DNA of 63,244 nt, the filler included. It is 4 parts of 4 records of this genome, joined end to end, with 100 filler letters (N's around TTAATTAATTAA, not from the genome) between each part and the next. Parts side by side here need not be neighbours in the genome. Positions count along the whole stretch, not along the records: positions 1 to 24,319 come from SRR31156797_1052; positions 24,420 to 48,543 come from SRR31156797_1055; 2 more parts are not named here. The stretch is one strand, 5' to 3'. Below, piece after piece: positions 19,221-31,830 of this stretch. Below the pieces are notes generated by a model. It saw only the letters and a program-made list of their open reading frames with translations, searched no databases and was not told the origin of the DNA. The translations under genes and the position numbers were made by a program. The stretch's first letter is position 1. Each line of letters begins with the position of its first letter.

Positions 19221-20741
19221 CTATTTCTTTTTAATGATATGAGTCGTTAAGATTGCTACTATGGCTGCTACTATAAATGTCATTAGTCGGGCTGTAACAA
19301 GTTTTTCCATACCAGTACTAATCCAAATTATTGTAAATGTTAACCCGGTAATTATGGTTATTAATGCTGGAATGCCATGAAATTTTTTCCAAAACAGTGT
19401 AAGCAAAATTATAATTGAAAAAGTTGAGCCAATTCCTGCCCATACATATCCGACTATTGTATAAATAAGATTGCTCGGCAAAATGTATGCAAATAGCAGA
19501 GCAATAATTGATAGTAGACCAGTAATCAAACGTGATTGAAATAGAGATTTTTTATCATTCAATTTTTTTCGCTGTGCCGGTTTGATTATATTTTCTGATA
19601 GTTCTGTAGCCGATAATATGAGCAATGAATTGGCTGTTGAAATTATCGCGGCCAATACTCCCGTTATCAGTATTCCAGCAATTACAGGGTGAAATACGGT
19701 GGTTAGTACTTCAGGCATTACGGTTTCCTGGTCTTTCAGGCCGTTAGGTCCAAAAAGTGCAATTCCAAGCCAACCTATCATTAAAGCTCCAATGTAAGCA
19801 ATAACTGTCCATATTATACCGATGTTTCTGGCTTTTTTTGCTTGTTTAGCGTCACTTATGGCCATAAAGCGCATACTCAATTGAGGTTGCCCTCCCAGGT
19901 AACCAAAAAACCATGAAAAAGCTCCGGCAATAATTACTCCTGTACCTAATCCTTTAATAACCTCTATTGAATTTGGAAATACGGAATGTAACGCTGAAAA
20001 TAAGATTGAATCTTTTTGAAGTACAGCGCCTCCCGTCATTGTTGAGTAGCTTTCACCGGCTTTTTCTAAAGCTTCTGAGATACCATGTGCAAATACTTGT
20101 CCTTCAGGAAGTCCTTTCAGATAAATAATTCCTGCTATAGGAGCAACTATTAAGGTTAAAATCATTATAATAGCTTGAATAACATCTGTGTAGGTTACAC
20201 TTCTGAAGCCTCCATAAATGGTGTATGGAATTACCAAACCCACAACAATTAGCATGGCATAAACTTGTTTAATTCCGAAAAGGTTTTCTAAGGTTTTACC
20301 TCCGCCAAGAAATTGGGCTCCTACATAAAAGAAAAAGAAAAATACAATCGTAAAACTACCCGCAATTCGAATCCATTTTCCCACTTCTCCGTGTTTTTTT
20401 GCAATGTAATCTGTGAAAGTATCCGTTTTATATTTGTCTGCTTCAGCACGCAATCGCCATGCTAGTATGGCCCAGGCTAAAATGATACCTAAAACACAAC
20501 CAATGGCAGTCCAAATTTCAAGTAATCCAGTGGCGTATGCTGCACCGGGAAGACCGAGAAGGGCCCAGGAAGATTCACCTGTTGCTCTTTCAGATAACGC
20601 TGCAACCCAGCCTGGCAATTTACGCCCGGCTATGGCAAAATCCGATCCTGATTTTACTTTTCGGCCATGATAAAATCCCCATGAGATAAGTAAAACCATA
20701 TAGATTATCATTACAATGAGTATCTGAACTTGATTTTCCAT
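19221..20741 (-). CDS. putP: Sodium/proline symporter (SSS family)
   Basis: AALSERATGESSWALLGLPG, YTIYGGFRSVTYTDVIQ, GQPQLSMRFM; many TM segments. Confidence 0.85.
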   Translation of the reverse strand: MENQVQILIVMIIYMVLLISWGFYHGRKVKSGSDFAIAGRKLPGWVAALSERATGESSWALLGLPGAAYATGLLEIWTAIGCVLGIILAWAILAWRLRAEADKYKTDTFTDYIAKKHGEVGKWIRIAGSFTIVFFFFFYVGAQFLGGGKTLENLFGIKQVYAMLIVVGLVIPYTIYGGFRSVTYTDVIQAIIMILTLIVAPIAGIIYLKGLPEGQVFAHGISEALEKAGESYSTMTGGAVLQKDSILFSALHSVFPNSIEVIKGLGTGVIIAGAFSWFFGYLGGQPQLSMRFMAISDAKQAKKARNIGIIWTVIAYIGALMIGWLGIALFGPNGLKDQETVMPEVLTTVFHPVIAGILITGVLAAIISTANSLLILSATELSENIIKPAQRKKLNDKKSLFQSRLITGLLSIIALLFAYILPSNLIYTIVGYVWAGIGSTFSIIILLTLFWKKFHGIPALITIITGLTFTIIWISTGMEKLVTARLMTFIVAAIVAILTTHIIKKK

Positions 20742-20792
20742 GGTACAGTAATTTTGAATTATTCGAATTTATAAAAAATACATGTGCATGAC

Positions 20793-20824
20793 AAAAAAAG
20801 GACCCAACCAGTGATTGAGTCCTT
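20793..20824 (-). terminator. Intrinsic terminator after the acyl-CoA ligase
   Basis: Minus strand AAGGACTCAA-TCACTGG-TTGGGTCCTT followed by a U-run. Confidence 0.7.
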
Positions 20825-20846
20825 AATATGTGTGTATCTATTGATT

Positions 20847-22754
20847 TTAATTTTTGAACACTTTACCAATGGCATTGATGTTATGCTCATTAGTAATATT
20901 CTTGGCACCTGATTTATACAAATTCTCAATGCGGTCTTTGTAGTATGAGGTTACTTTTCCACGCACAACTTTCATGGTGCTGTTCATCATTTTGTTTTGC
21001 TCGGTAAAGCCCTCCTCTAACACAGCAACTGCAGCCGGTAACCATCTTTCAGGAAACTCACCTTCAAACTTACCACCTTTTTTGAAGTTATTGATTTCGG
21101 TTTGTATTAGTTTCAAAGCAGCTTCATGTCCGGCCTGTTCCTCTATTTTCAGGTTTTTGCTTTTTAGGTTGCTTTTGATTGCCTCGTAATTAGGATAGAT
21201 CAAACCAACAGTGTAAGGGTCCTGGTTATTGTGAAGTACAACCTGATCAATATATTTGGTTTTTTCTGTCAGTGCTTCTTCAATGGCTTCGGGGCTGTAT
21301 TTTTCTCCATCGCTGCTAATTAGCAAACTTTTAAATCGACCCAGTACATATAAAAATCCATCTTTGTCCACATATCCCATATCACCTGTGTGCAGCCAAC
21401 CATCTCGCACAGTTTCACTAGTTGCTTTTTCATTTTTCCAGTAGCCGTACATTACATTTTCTCCCTTCACAACTATTTCCCCTTTTTCGCCCTGTGGCAT
21501 TTCATTGCCTTTGTCGTCTAATATTCTCAATTCCAGGTTATCAACTAGAAAACCACTTGATCCCAACTTGTGTTTATGCAAAGCATTTGAGCTAATAATA
21601 GGCGTGGCTTCAGAAAGTCCATATCCTTGTAGCATAGGTATACCAATGGCATAAAAATATCTCTGCAATTCAATATCCAATAAAGCTCCACCTCCTATAA
21701 AGAACTTCAATTCGCCACCAAAGAACGCTCTGATTTTTTTGAAAAGTATGGCATCAAATAAATTATGTAATGGTTTTCTGAGCGCATTTAATCCTTTTCC
21801 TTTATTGAATCCCTCTTTATTATACTTATAGGCATTTCTTAGAGCTGTTTTATAAAGGCCATACATAAAACTACCTTTGGCTTTAATACCAGAGTCAATA
21901 TTTTTCTTGAAATTTTTTGCCAGTGCAGGCACACTTAATAGTAAATTTGGTTTAATTTCTCTTATGTTGATAGGTATGTTTTTTAGAGTTTGTAATGGTG
22001 TAATACCAGATTCAACCATGGCAAGTGAGGCTCCTTTTCCCATGAAACTATAAATTCCTGCAACATGTGCAAAGCAATGATCTAATGGCAAGATTAATAG
22101 TGTTTTATATGTTGGCGGAATGTTCATCAAGCTGTAGGCTTGCTCCACGTTAGCAGTATAGTTTCTGTGTGTTAAAATTATACCTTTTGGATCTGAAGTT
22201 GTTCCGGATGTGTAAGTTATATTGGCCCAGCTATCATCATTGATTTGTTTTTTTCGTTCATTGATTGCGTTGGGATGTAAATTTAGATGTGATTCACCTT
22301 TCGCAATTATGTCCTTTAAGTTTATGCTTTTATCATCATTGGGAGCATTGTCGTCCAGGTAAATGATTTTCTCAATATTGCTAAATTGATCTTTAACCTT
22401 ATTCACTTTTTCGGTTTGCTGTTGCGAGACAATCATGTATTTAGCATCGGAATGATTAACTCTGAATAGAACTTCGTTGGCTTCCAGTTTTATGGAAAGT
22501 GGAATGTCAACAGCATTATTGTAAAGTATCGCTAATTCGCTTAATATCCATTTGTTTCGTCCTTCGCTGAGCAAGGCAATATGATCTTTAGGTTGGATTC
22601 CTAAATCCATCAACCCATGAGCAATTATTTGAACTTGATTAAATGTTTCCTCATACGTTGTTGGATTATAATTTCCATTTTGCTTTTCCCATAAAAATGG
22701 GTTTTGCGCAAATTTTTCTACACTCCCTTCAAAAAGATCAATTATTGTTTTCAT
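20847..22754 (-). CDS. Long-chain fatty acid--CoA ligase (AMP-binding)
   Basis: YTSGTTSDPKG, QGYGLSE, GWLHTGDMG and GRFKS motifs. Confidence 0.92.
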   Translation of the reverse strand: MKTIIDLFEGSVEKFAQNPFLWEKQNGNYNPTTYEETFNQVQIIAHGLMDLGIQPKDHIALLSEGRNKWILSELAILYNNAVDIPLSIKLEANEVLFRVNHSDAKYMIVSQQQTEKVNKVKDQFSNIEKIIYLDDNAPNDDKSINLKDIIAKGESHLNLHPNAINERKKQINDDSWANITYTSGTTSDPKGIILTHRNYTANVEQAYSLMNIPPTYKTLLILPLDHCFAHVAGIYSFMGKGASLAMVESGITPLQTLKNIPINIREIKPNLLLSVPALAKNFKKNIDSGIKAKGSFMYGLYKTALRNAYKYNKEGFNKGKGLNALRKPLHNLFDAILFKKIRAFFGGELKFFIGGGALLDIELQRYFYAIGIPMLQGYGLSEATPIISSNALHKHKLGSSGFLVDNLELRILDDKGNEMPQGEKGEIVVKGENVMYGYWKNEKATSETVRDGWLHTGDMGYVDKDGFLYVLGRFKSLLISSDGEKYSPEAIEEALTEKTKYIDQVVLHNNQDPYTVGLIYPNYEAIKSNLKSKNLKIEEQAGHEAALKLIQTEINNFKKGGKFEGEFPERWLPAAVAVLEEGFTEQNKMMNSTMKVVRGKVTSYYKDRIENLYKSGAKNITNEHNINAIGKVFKN

Positions 22755-22773
22755 AGTATCAAAATTAGTTGGC

Positions 22774-22781
22774 CAAATATA
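22774..22781 (-). promoter_or_regulatory. Bacteroidota -7 promoter element
   Basis: TATATTTG on the minus strand about 20 bp upstream of the ligase ATG. Confidence 0.5.
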
Positions 22782-22915
22782 AAAAAATACTGCTAATCAT
22801 TAAAGCATGTCTGGCTTTATGGTTTTTGAGTTTTAGTTTCTTTGTAATTGAGCTATTATGGTGTTTGTAATAATTTGCTTAACTTGGAATGTTGTAATTG
22901 TTTTTTTAACGGTTT

Positions 22916-24319
22916 ATGAATAAAAAAGTTCAGGATCAAGATTTAGAGGCTCTTAGGTCACAGGTTGCCAGCTTGGAGTATGAAGTAAAAAAGTATGATT
23001 TACTCAGAGAAACAGCTGGTTTTGCCATTATGACCCTGTACAAATATGTATTTGTAGACTGCAATGCGAAAGCAGAAGAAATATTTGGCTATCCAAAAGA
23101 AGAAATATTAGGTAAAGAACCTTTTATTTTATCACCAAAATATCAGCCCAATGGAGATTCATCTATGGAAAAAGCTATGGAGCTTATAGATGCCACATTA
23201 AATGGGGAATCCAGAACTTTTATTTGGGAGCACCTTAGAGGTGATGGTGGAAGGTTTTATGCAGAGGTGAGCTTGAATAAAATTGAATTGGGTGGAGATG
23301 AGTATGTTCAAGTAATTTTGCGGGATATCTCAAATGAGAAGTTAAGTAAGGAACGACTTGAGAGTCAAAATAAAATTATTCGTCACTTAAATAGAAAGTA
23401 TCAAAGGCAGAATGAGGATTATGAGCAACTATTAAAAGAATTAAAAGGTAATCAGGAGCTTACAAATGATATTTTATCAACCATTAATGATGGTGTTGCT
23501 GTATTTTACCACGATAAGTTTGTATATCTAAATGATCAAATGCTTTACATGCTTGGGAAAGATCAGCGAAATTTTTCACCTGAGGATATGTTTAGCGCTT
23601 TGGGTCTTAAACTCAATGAAATTGATTTGCCAATTCTCAATAAGGATGTCTTTCAAAAATGGTTGCAGCTATATGGTCAGGATAAATATTATCGCCTTCA
23701 AATATTTGTAATGTCTGGTAAATCACTTTTTATGGCTCATTTAACTGATTATACAGAAATAAAGAAAGCTCAAGAGAATGTGGAAAAAAGTGAGTATAAA
23801 TTCAGGTCAATTTTTCATAGTAGCTCAGATGGGATAATATTGGTAGGTGAAGATTTTACTGTGTTGGAAACAAATCGCACTTTTGAGCTTAAGTATAATT
23901 ATACAACTGCTGATTTAATTGGGGTTAACATTGAAACATTAATTTACAGCGATAAGTCTCAGAAATTTACTGATTGGATATCTTCCAATACGGGTGAGAG
24001 TATGGATTTGACAGAATTTGAGGTGTTTACAGCCGGTGGAGAGAGTAGTCCGGTTGAAATTGGTAGCCGTAAAGTTTTATTGGGAGATTTGAGTATGTAT
24101 TTACTTATTGTCCGCGATATTTCTTACCGAAAAGGATTTGAGCAGCAGTTACTTAATAAGACTATTGAAGCGGAGGAGGAGGAAAGAAAACGAATTGCTG
24201 CAAACCTACACGATGAATTGGGTCCAATTCTCTCATCTTTAAAGCTTTATAATAATTCGATTAAGAGTAAAGAGCAAAATACAGAATTAAAATATTTATC
24301 AGATCAATTTGATCAGTTA
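22916..24319 (+). CDS. Multi-PAS cytoplasmic histidine kinase (HisKA_3), truncated by contig end
   Basis: PAS motifs (FVDCNAKAEEIFGY; FRSIFHSSSDGI); EEERKRIAANLHDELG; runs into Ns. Confidence 0.88.
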
Positions 24320-24419
24320 NNNNNNNNNNNNNNNNNNNNNNNNNNNNNNNNNNNNNNNNNNNNTTAATTAATTAANNNNNNNNNNNNNNNNNNNNNNNNN
24401 NNNNNNNNNNNNNNNNNNN
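24320..24419. other. Artificial contig linker
   Basis: 44 N + TTAATTAATTAA (stops in six frames) + 44 N. Confidence 0.98.
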
Positions 24420-24928
24420 GCCCATCCATAATTCCCGTATCCGGTAATATCCAGGCCCATGATCCCCTGGTGGCCCATGGCATTCATGTAATGATCAAAG
24501 AGTTTACCGCTGTTGACAAATTTATCCAGCTTGACAAAAGAATCAACAAGAAAAGGAAGATTGATGAGCCCGAACCTGGGACCCAGATTGGTCGATGCCA
24601 CGGAACTACAGGCCATCCCCTGAATGGCGCCCATCTGAAGCTGGTTTAGGACTTCAACCTCTCCACCCAGCATGGAGAAAGGTTTGTAATCAAAATAGAT
24701 CTGACCGTTGGTGCGTTTCCACAATTCATCTCTGATTGCAAAACCGGCAAAGACACCCTTAATGACAGGATGAGATACATTTGAAACGATACATTTATAT
24801 TTTGCGCCCGATGGATCAAATGATGCTTTCCATTTATCCAGGGAAGGTGCTTTTTTCGCCCACCCCATACCACAGATCATAAAAACCCCTACCAGACACA
24901 CTATTACAGAAAAAAATAGCTTTTTCAT
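24420..24928 (-). CDS. dctP: TRAP transporter substrate-binding protein (partial, 3' end missing)
   Basis: Signal peptide after an AGGAG SD; LGGEVEVLNQLQMGAIQ and INLPFL motifs. Confidence 0.8.
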
Positions 24929-25170
24929 CGCCCACTTGCTCCTTTCTGATAGAACCGCTTTTTCATCAAGCCGGTCAAGACGCCACAACGCACCTCAATC
25001 CAGTTTTTCAAAATTCTTGAAGAGTTCACCTCCTTTCAAAAACCAAAAAAAACACGCTCGAAGGCATTTTTACCCGATTCGAGCAAAAAAAATGTTTATG
25101 CTGAAACAGGTCTTACAACCCATCTGACAAGAAGATTTTCCCGGTGGTTGCATCTCACCGGAATAATTGC

Positions 25171-25728
25171 TCAAACACCCTTCGACAAAACCTTTCGGTC
25201 ATGCATTAAACGGGTTTGAATACCTTTGCTGACACTGTAAGTTTGATTGAACTTGGACCAGAAGTCGCTGTGTTTTTCTTGCCACCCTGCTCCGAATTTT
25301 TCATCAAAATGCTCGCCCAGTTCTTCAAAAAGTATTTTCCATGTGGGCTTTCCCGAATGGTGGGCTTCAAGAATATTCGCCAACAAGGCTTCCAGCTCCG
25401 CCAGTTTTTCCTTCGGTAAAAAAGAAATGGCGCCTCTCTGAATAGACGTCATCAGCGTATCCGCATTCATGGCATGGGCGGTCAGCATGACGGTGGGAAT
25501 ACCTTTGGAAACAGTCTCCTGAAGAAGATTCAACCCATCGACGCCCATAATATCCAAGATGGCCAAATCATATTTTTCTTTTGCTATCTTTTCTTTGGCC
25601 ATATGGTAATCGGAAGCCTTATCCACGTGTGAATATTCCAGGTCCTCCTCAATCGTATCAAGAACGTCTTTTTCATCATCCACAGCCAGGATTCTCATCC
25701 CTTCCAAATAGGACTTCGTTCTCGACAT
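25171..25728 (-). CDS. Response regulator (REC plus short C-terminal extension, no recognisable output domain)
   Basis: ILAVDDE, LAILDIMG, MLTAHA, FLPK; GGAGG SD before the ATG at 25728. Confidence 0.85.
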   Translation of the reverse strand: MSRTKSYLEGMRILAVDDEKDVLDTIEEDLEYSHVDKASDYHMAKEKIAKEKYDLAILDIMGVDGLNLLQETVSKGIPTVMLTAHAMNADTLMTSIQRGAISFLPKEKLAELEALLANILEAHHSGKPTWKILFEELGEHFDEKFGAGWQEKHSDFWSKFNQTYSVSKGIQTRLMHDRKVLSKGV

Positions 25729-26232
25729 TACGACTCCTCCTTTCAGAAACAGCGATATATTCCATTCAACGACCATCAAAACAACAAAACAAACAGGGAC
25801 TGATAAAAAAAGGGGTTTTCCGGCCACTTGAAGATTAGGAGAGTATTAGACGCCTGTCAAGGCAAAACCAACTTGCTCCTCATATAAAAGACTTTATTGC
25901 ACAAATAGATCTGAAACGGTTCCGGGCCTGGAGAATGAAATGCTGAATAAAAAAAATCGCCTTCCGGAAAGCCCGGACCAAAACAGTGAATGTTTCCCCA
26001 ATGTGGCTGCAATGGAGCTATATTATAGCTGCAACATTTTCAATGTGCAAGGAAATTCGTCTCCTAACGAATACTTGAAATGGCATTATGGTTTCATTTC
26101 CAAAAGATCCTTCTTGACGAAAACCGGGTAGTCCGGTAAGAAAACCAAACAATGCCGATATATTTTGACTTTCGACAGAATACAGTGGCTATACAGTTCT
26201 AAGATTGGATAATCAACCGAAAGGAACCTAAA

Positions 26233-26958
26233 ATGCCCCATCTTGAAGAATCGAATACAGATGTTTCTGTAAAAATAGCCACAGCAAAGGAAGTTCTCTT
26301 TGACTTTGAAGGAACACTGGTGAATTTTCAATGGCAGTTGGAACCGGCTGTGGCGGAAACCTTGGAAGCGCTTTCCAAAGCTGGATTACAGCGGCAGTGG
26401 TATGGGGAAAAACCCGGTTATGCTCACATTTACAACCACACCTTGGATCTGCTGGACCAGGGAAAAGGCCCGGCGGGGACTTCTGATTCGGCATCCGCTC
26501 TGGTGGATACCATTTACGACCGCTATGACGCAGATGCTCTAAAACGCTGGAATCTTTATCCCCATACCCTGGAAATGCTGGGAAAACTGAGACATCAGGG
26601 GTTCAGAATGGCGGTTGTCAGTAATGTGGGAAAAAGGTCACTCAAAACGGCAATGGAGAAATTGCATCTCTCCCATTTGATTCAGGTGGTCATCTCCAGG
26701 GATGATGTTTCCAGAATTAAACCCCATCCCGAGGGCTTGTTGACGGCTGCAAAAACCCTTGGTGTACAACCTGCCGAGGTACTGTTCGTCGGGGATTCCA
26801 GAAACGATGTGGCCGCAGCCCGTCATGCGGGAATGCTGGCCGGATATGTTCGTGGCGGTGAAGATTCACCGGAAGCCATGGCGCTCTTCCCCGCTGATAT
26901 TGAATTGGATGAACTGCTTCAGCTGCCATCCATTCTCGCAGGATCATCAAGTACCTGA
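26233..26958 (+). CDS. HAD-superfamily hydrolase (phosphoglycolate phosphatase-like)
   Basis: LFDFEGTL (motif I variant), VVSN, KPHP and VGDS..D motifs. Confidence 0.85.
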   Translation: MPHLEESNTDVSVKIATAKEVLFDFEGTLVNFQWQLEPAVAETLEALSKAGLQRQWYGEKPGYAHIYNHTLDLLDQGKGPAGTSDSASALVDTIYDRYDADALKRWNLYPHTLEMLGKLRHQGFRMAVVSNVGKRSLKTAMEKLHLSHLIQVVISRDDVSRIKPHPEGLLTAAKTLGVQPAEVLFVGDSRNDVAAARHAGMLAGYVRGGEDSPEAMALFPADIELDELLQLPSILAGSSST

Positions 26959-26976
26959 ACCCAATCGAAAAAATAT

Positions 26977-28539
26977 TTATTTGGCGTAACTGACGGCACG
27001 GGTCTCACGGATTACAATAACCCTGATCTGTCCCGGATAGGTTAATTCTTTTTCAATTTTCTTTGCAATATCTCTACAGAGCACATTGGACTGGTCATCA
27101 CTGACGATTTTACCTTCCACCATGATTCGGATCTCACGGCCGGCCTGAATGGCAAATGACTTGCTGACTCCCCGAAAGGATGTGGCAATTTTTTCAAGTT
27201 TTTCAAGCCTTTTAACATAACTTTCGAGCATTTCCTGCCGTGCGCCGGGCCTGGCCCCGGAAAGGGTATCTGATGCCTGAACCAGCACATCCAGAACTGA
27301 TGCCATCTCCACATCTTCGTGGTGCGCCGCGATGGCGTGAACCACCAGGTTCGATTCACCGTAGCGCCTCGCGAGATCCGCTCCAATGGTTGCATGTGGC
27401 CCCTCAACTTCATGATCCACGGCTTTTCCGATATCATGCAGCAGACCGGCCCGTTTCGCCTGTTTCACATTAAGCCCCAGCTCAGCGGCCATGATTCCGC
27501 AAAGGAAACTCACTTCCATGGAATGCTGTAATACATTCTGAGCATAACTCGACCTGTATTTGAGACGCCCGATTAGCTTGACCAGTTCCTGATTAATCCC
27601 ATGCACGCCCACATCAAAGGTGGCTTGCTCGCCAGCCTCTTTCATACTGTTTTCAATTTCCTTTCTTGCCTTTGCCACTATCTCTTCGATGCGCGCCGGG
27701 TGGATCCTGCCATCCTCAATCAATCTCTCCAGGGAGATTTTTGCAATCTGTCTTCTCACCGGATTAAAACCGGATAAAATAACCGCTTCCGGCGTATCGT
27801 CTATGATCAAATCAATTCCGGTGGCTGCTTCGATAGCCCGAATGTTTCGCCCCTCTCTTCCGATAATTCGGCCCTTCATCTCTTCACTGGGAAGGTTCAC
27901 AACGGACACAATTTTTTCCGCAGCATAGTCGCCAGAGTATCTTTTGACCGCCAATGCGATAATTTCCTGAGCTTTTCTGTCGGCCTCTGCTTTTGTTTCA
28001 TTTTCAATGCGTCTGATCATTTTGGCGGCATCGTGCTTTGCCTCCATCTCCATGGACTGAACCAGAAGTTGTTTTGCCTCTTCCCCCGACATACCGGCCA
28101 TACTTTCCAACTCTTTACGCTGCTCAGCTATAAGGGTATTATATTCCGCTTCCTTTTTTTTAATATCCCGCTCATTTCGACCAACGCTCTTTTCCTTATC
28201 AGCGATACGGTCTTCCCGTTTTTCAAGTTGCTCAATTTTTCGATCAATATTGGTTTCTTTATGGTGCAGCCTTTTTTCCTTAGCCAGCACTTCATCTTTC
28301 TTTTGTTTGCTCTCGTTTTCAAACTCAATCTTCATCTGGTACAAAGTATCTTTGGCCTGAAGTTCAGCTTCCCGTTTTGTGGTCTTGGCCTCTTTCTGAG
28401 CCTCAGCTAGCACCTTTCTTGAATACTCTTCAATGGCTTCAATGCGACTTTCCACCAGTTTCTTTCGAACCAGAAAACCACAAAGTATTCCAACAATCAG
28501 CCCCGCCCCACCTATCACTATCATATATAATGAACTCAT
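26977..28539 (-). CDS. rny: Ribonuclease Y
   Basis: N-terminal TM, coiled coil, KH ([13 protein letters not shown]) and HD (GLLHDIGK) domains. Confidence 0.97.
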   Translation of the reverse strand: MSSLYMIVIGGAGLIVGILCGFLVRKKLVESRIEAIEEYSRKVLAEAQKEAKTTKREAELQAKDTLYQMKIEFENESKQKKDEVLAKEKRLHHKETNIDRKIEQLEKREDRIADKEKSVGRNERDIKKKEAEYNTLIAEQRKELESMAGMSGEEAKQLLVQSMEMEAKHDAAKMIRRIENETKAEADRKAQEIIALAVKRYSGDYAAEKIVSVVNLPSEEMKGRIIGREGRNIRAIEAATGIDLIIDDTPEAVILSGFNPVRRQIAKISLERLIEDGRIHPARIEEIVAKARKEIENSMKEAGEQATFDVGVHGINQELVKLIGRLKYRSSYAQNVLQHSMEVSFLCGIMAAELGLNVKQAKRAGLLHDIGKAVDHEVEGPHATIGADLARRYGESNLVVHAIAAHHEDVEMASVLDVLVQASDTLSGARPGARQEMLESYVKRLEKLEKIATSFRGVSKSFAIQAGREIRIMVEGKIVSDDQSNVLCRDIAKKIEKELTYPGQIRVIVIRETRAVSYAK

Positions 28540-29045
28540 ATTTTATTTTCCTGCTCCCGAATTCTGCTTGTATGGAGGGTTTTTGTCTCCTTGACCATTA
28601 AAATCTTTATGTTATCCAGAAGATTGAGTTCAGGTGAATGGTGTCACACCCCACCACCCGCATGGGTCCGATCATGGTTTTCCTGCAAAGGTCGTCACCA
28701 GAAAAATGGTTTCATCTGAATTAAAAGAAGGGAACATTCAGGAAAAAATATCCGGAATTAAAAATGGCGGGATAAACACGGATCCTTACGATCTTCCAGA
28801 ACAAAAAGAAATGCATAAAAAATCCTTTTACGAGATCATTGTCAAATCCATCTTTCTATCATAAAATATTGTTAACGATAATCTCTTTTGTTTTTGTATA
28901 TATCTTCACGTTAAGCGTGTTTTCCCGAATATTCCCAAACCCTCATATATATAAATCCCGACTATTTAAATCGAGCGTTGTAATTATTTGGAACCATATT
29001 CACCCAACAAAAATTCATCTCCGAATGTAGAGATATAACGGACCC

Positions 29046-29327
29046 TTACTCCACCAACGATTCAATCTGACGATTCATTAGCCGGCAACGGTCCTGCACA
29101 TCTTGTAGTAAAATTTCCCGCTCTTTAAGTAACCGTAGATAATCACCGGCGATATCAAATGCAACCAGAATAGCTGTTTTGCCTTCAGAGAGCTTACCAG
29201 CATTTCTCCTAACCTCATCCAACTTATCATTGATCAGTTTCGCAATTTCATTTACCTGCTCAGGGTCTTCATCACTCCTCAGCAAGTATTCATTGTCCAG
29301 GATCCTGATTCTAATTGGATTTTCCAT
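29046..29327 (-). CDS. zapA: Cell division protein ZapA
   Basis: IRILDNEY.L...AILVAFDIA; synteny with rny; likely start MENPIRI. Confidence 0.85.
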   Translation of the reverse strand: MENPIRIRILDNEYLLRSDEDPEQVNEIAKLINDKLDEVRRNAGKLSEGKTAILVAFDIAGDYLRLLKEREILLQDVQDRCRLMNRQIESLVE

Positions 29328-29464
29328 AATTCCGGATTTACCAGGCACCCCACAAAAAGTTTGGCTGCATGTATCTTAAAAGAATGAAGAGACAAAAAAT
29401 ATTCCTCCACTGAATACCACTATTGAGGAACATTAAAATCAAAAAACAACACTCATATTTCGCT

Positions 29465-29746
29465 CTAGGCGGAAGCCTGCTCCATTTTCTCAAGAAGTGA
29501 CATGATCTTTTGTTTTGCTTCGTTTCTTCCGTTACGTAGCGATTCTATTTGTGATTTTAATTCCGAAACCTTCTCCTCTTCAATCCTTAATTTCTCTTCA
29601 AAAGCTTCTTTTTCACCTCTTAAAACCACTGTTTTTTCAATAAGGCTATCGACTTTTTCCTCAAGCAACTGAAACTGATCAACCTCTTCTTCCGAATTTG
29701 AAGATTCCCAAACATTATACTGTTTGTTATCAACTTCTGTTTCCAT
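29465..29746 (-). CDS. zapB: Cell division protein ZapB-like coiled coil
   Basis: FQLLEEKVDSLI...KIMSLLEKM coiled coil directly upstream of zapA. Confidence 0.65.
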   Translation of the reverse strand: METEVDNKQYNVWESSNSEEEVDQFQLLEEKVDSLIEKTVVLRGEKEAFEEKLRIEEEKVSELKSQIESLRNGRNEAKQKIMSLLEKMEQASA

Positions 29747-29902
29747 AGCCACACAAGCCCCTTCAATATGAATTAACCTTAAAAAACCAGCAATGTCCAA
29801 ATACTCACTGGCACTTCAAACGCACCCAATTTTCTGTTCAAAAAGGTGCTCCAGAACAATCGTTTTTCATATTATCGTTGAAATCAAGAAAGGTCAATAC
29901 AT

Positions 29903-29936
29903 AAAAAAAGGCAAGCGTTAACCCGCTTGCCTTTTT
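29903..29936 (-). terminator. Intrinsic terminator of the atp operon
   Basis: AAAAAGGCAAGCG-TTAACC-CGCTTGCCTTTTT. Confidence 0.85.
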
Positions 29937-29957
29937 AAAATGATTATTCTCTTTTGA

Positions 29958-30368
29958 CTAACTTTTCTTTTCCGATATTCTTATGCGAACGATAGCACGT
30001 TTAAGTGCGGCTTCCGCTCTCAGAAAATCAATATCTTCACTACCCCGGGCCATGTCAAGTCTCTCCCTGGCCCTTTCCAGGGCTTTCCGAGCGCGTTCCA
30101 AATCAATTTCCGTGGCTTTTTCGGCAGCATCCACCAAAACCGAAACCTTGTTATCGGAAACTTCGGAAAACCCCGTGGTCACCAGGAAACGTTCAGTTTG
30201 ATTCCCGCTGGAAAACCTTAGTTCGCCCGGCTCAATTCCTGAAAGAAACGGCACATGTCCCTCCAAAACACCGAATTCACCCATGGTACCGGGGGCAACC
30301 ACAATATCCACCTCTTGACTCACCATTACCTTCTCAGGGGTAACAACTTCCAAATTTAGCTTTCCCAT
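29958..30368 (-). CDS. atpC: F1 ATP synthase epsilon subunit
   Basis: LEVVTPE, GEFGVLEGH. Confidence 0.96.
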   Translation of the reverse strand: MGKLNLEVVTPEKVMVSQEVDIVVAPGTMGEFGVLEGHVPFLSGIEPGELRFSSGNQTERFLVTTGFSEVSDNKVSVLVDAAEKATEIDLERARKALERARERLDMARGSEDIDFLRAEAALKRAIVRIRISEKKS

Positions 30369-30384
30369 GGATTATCCCCTTTGT

Positions 30385-31812
<1,428 letters not shown>

Positions 31813-31830
31813 TTAGTATGGTTAAAACCG

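Noticed and set aside
24320-24419. GC and gene-content shift as a genomic island boundary; TTAATTAATTAA as a biological repeat
   Set aside because: The same N-flanked six-frame-stop linker occurs three times; it is an assembly artefact.
29809-29824. TGGCAC-N-GC sigma54-like motif on the + strand
   Set aside because: It points antisense into the atp terminator with no gene to drive, and the -12 element is weak; probably chance.
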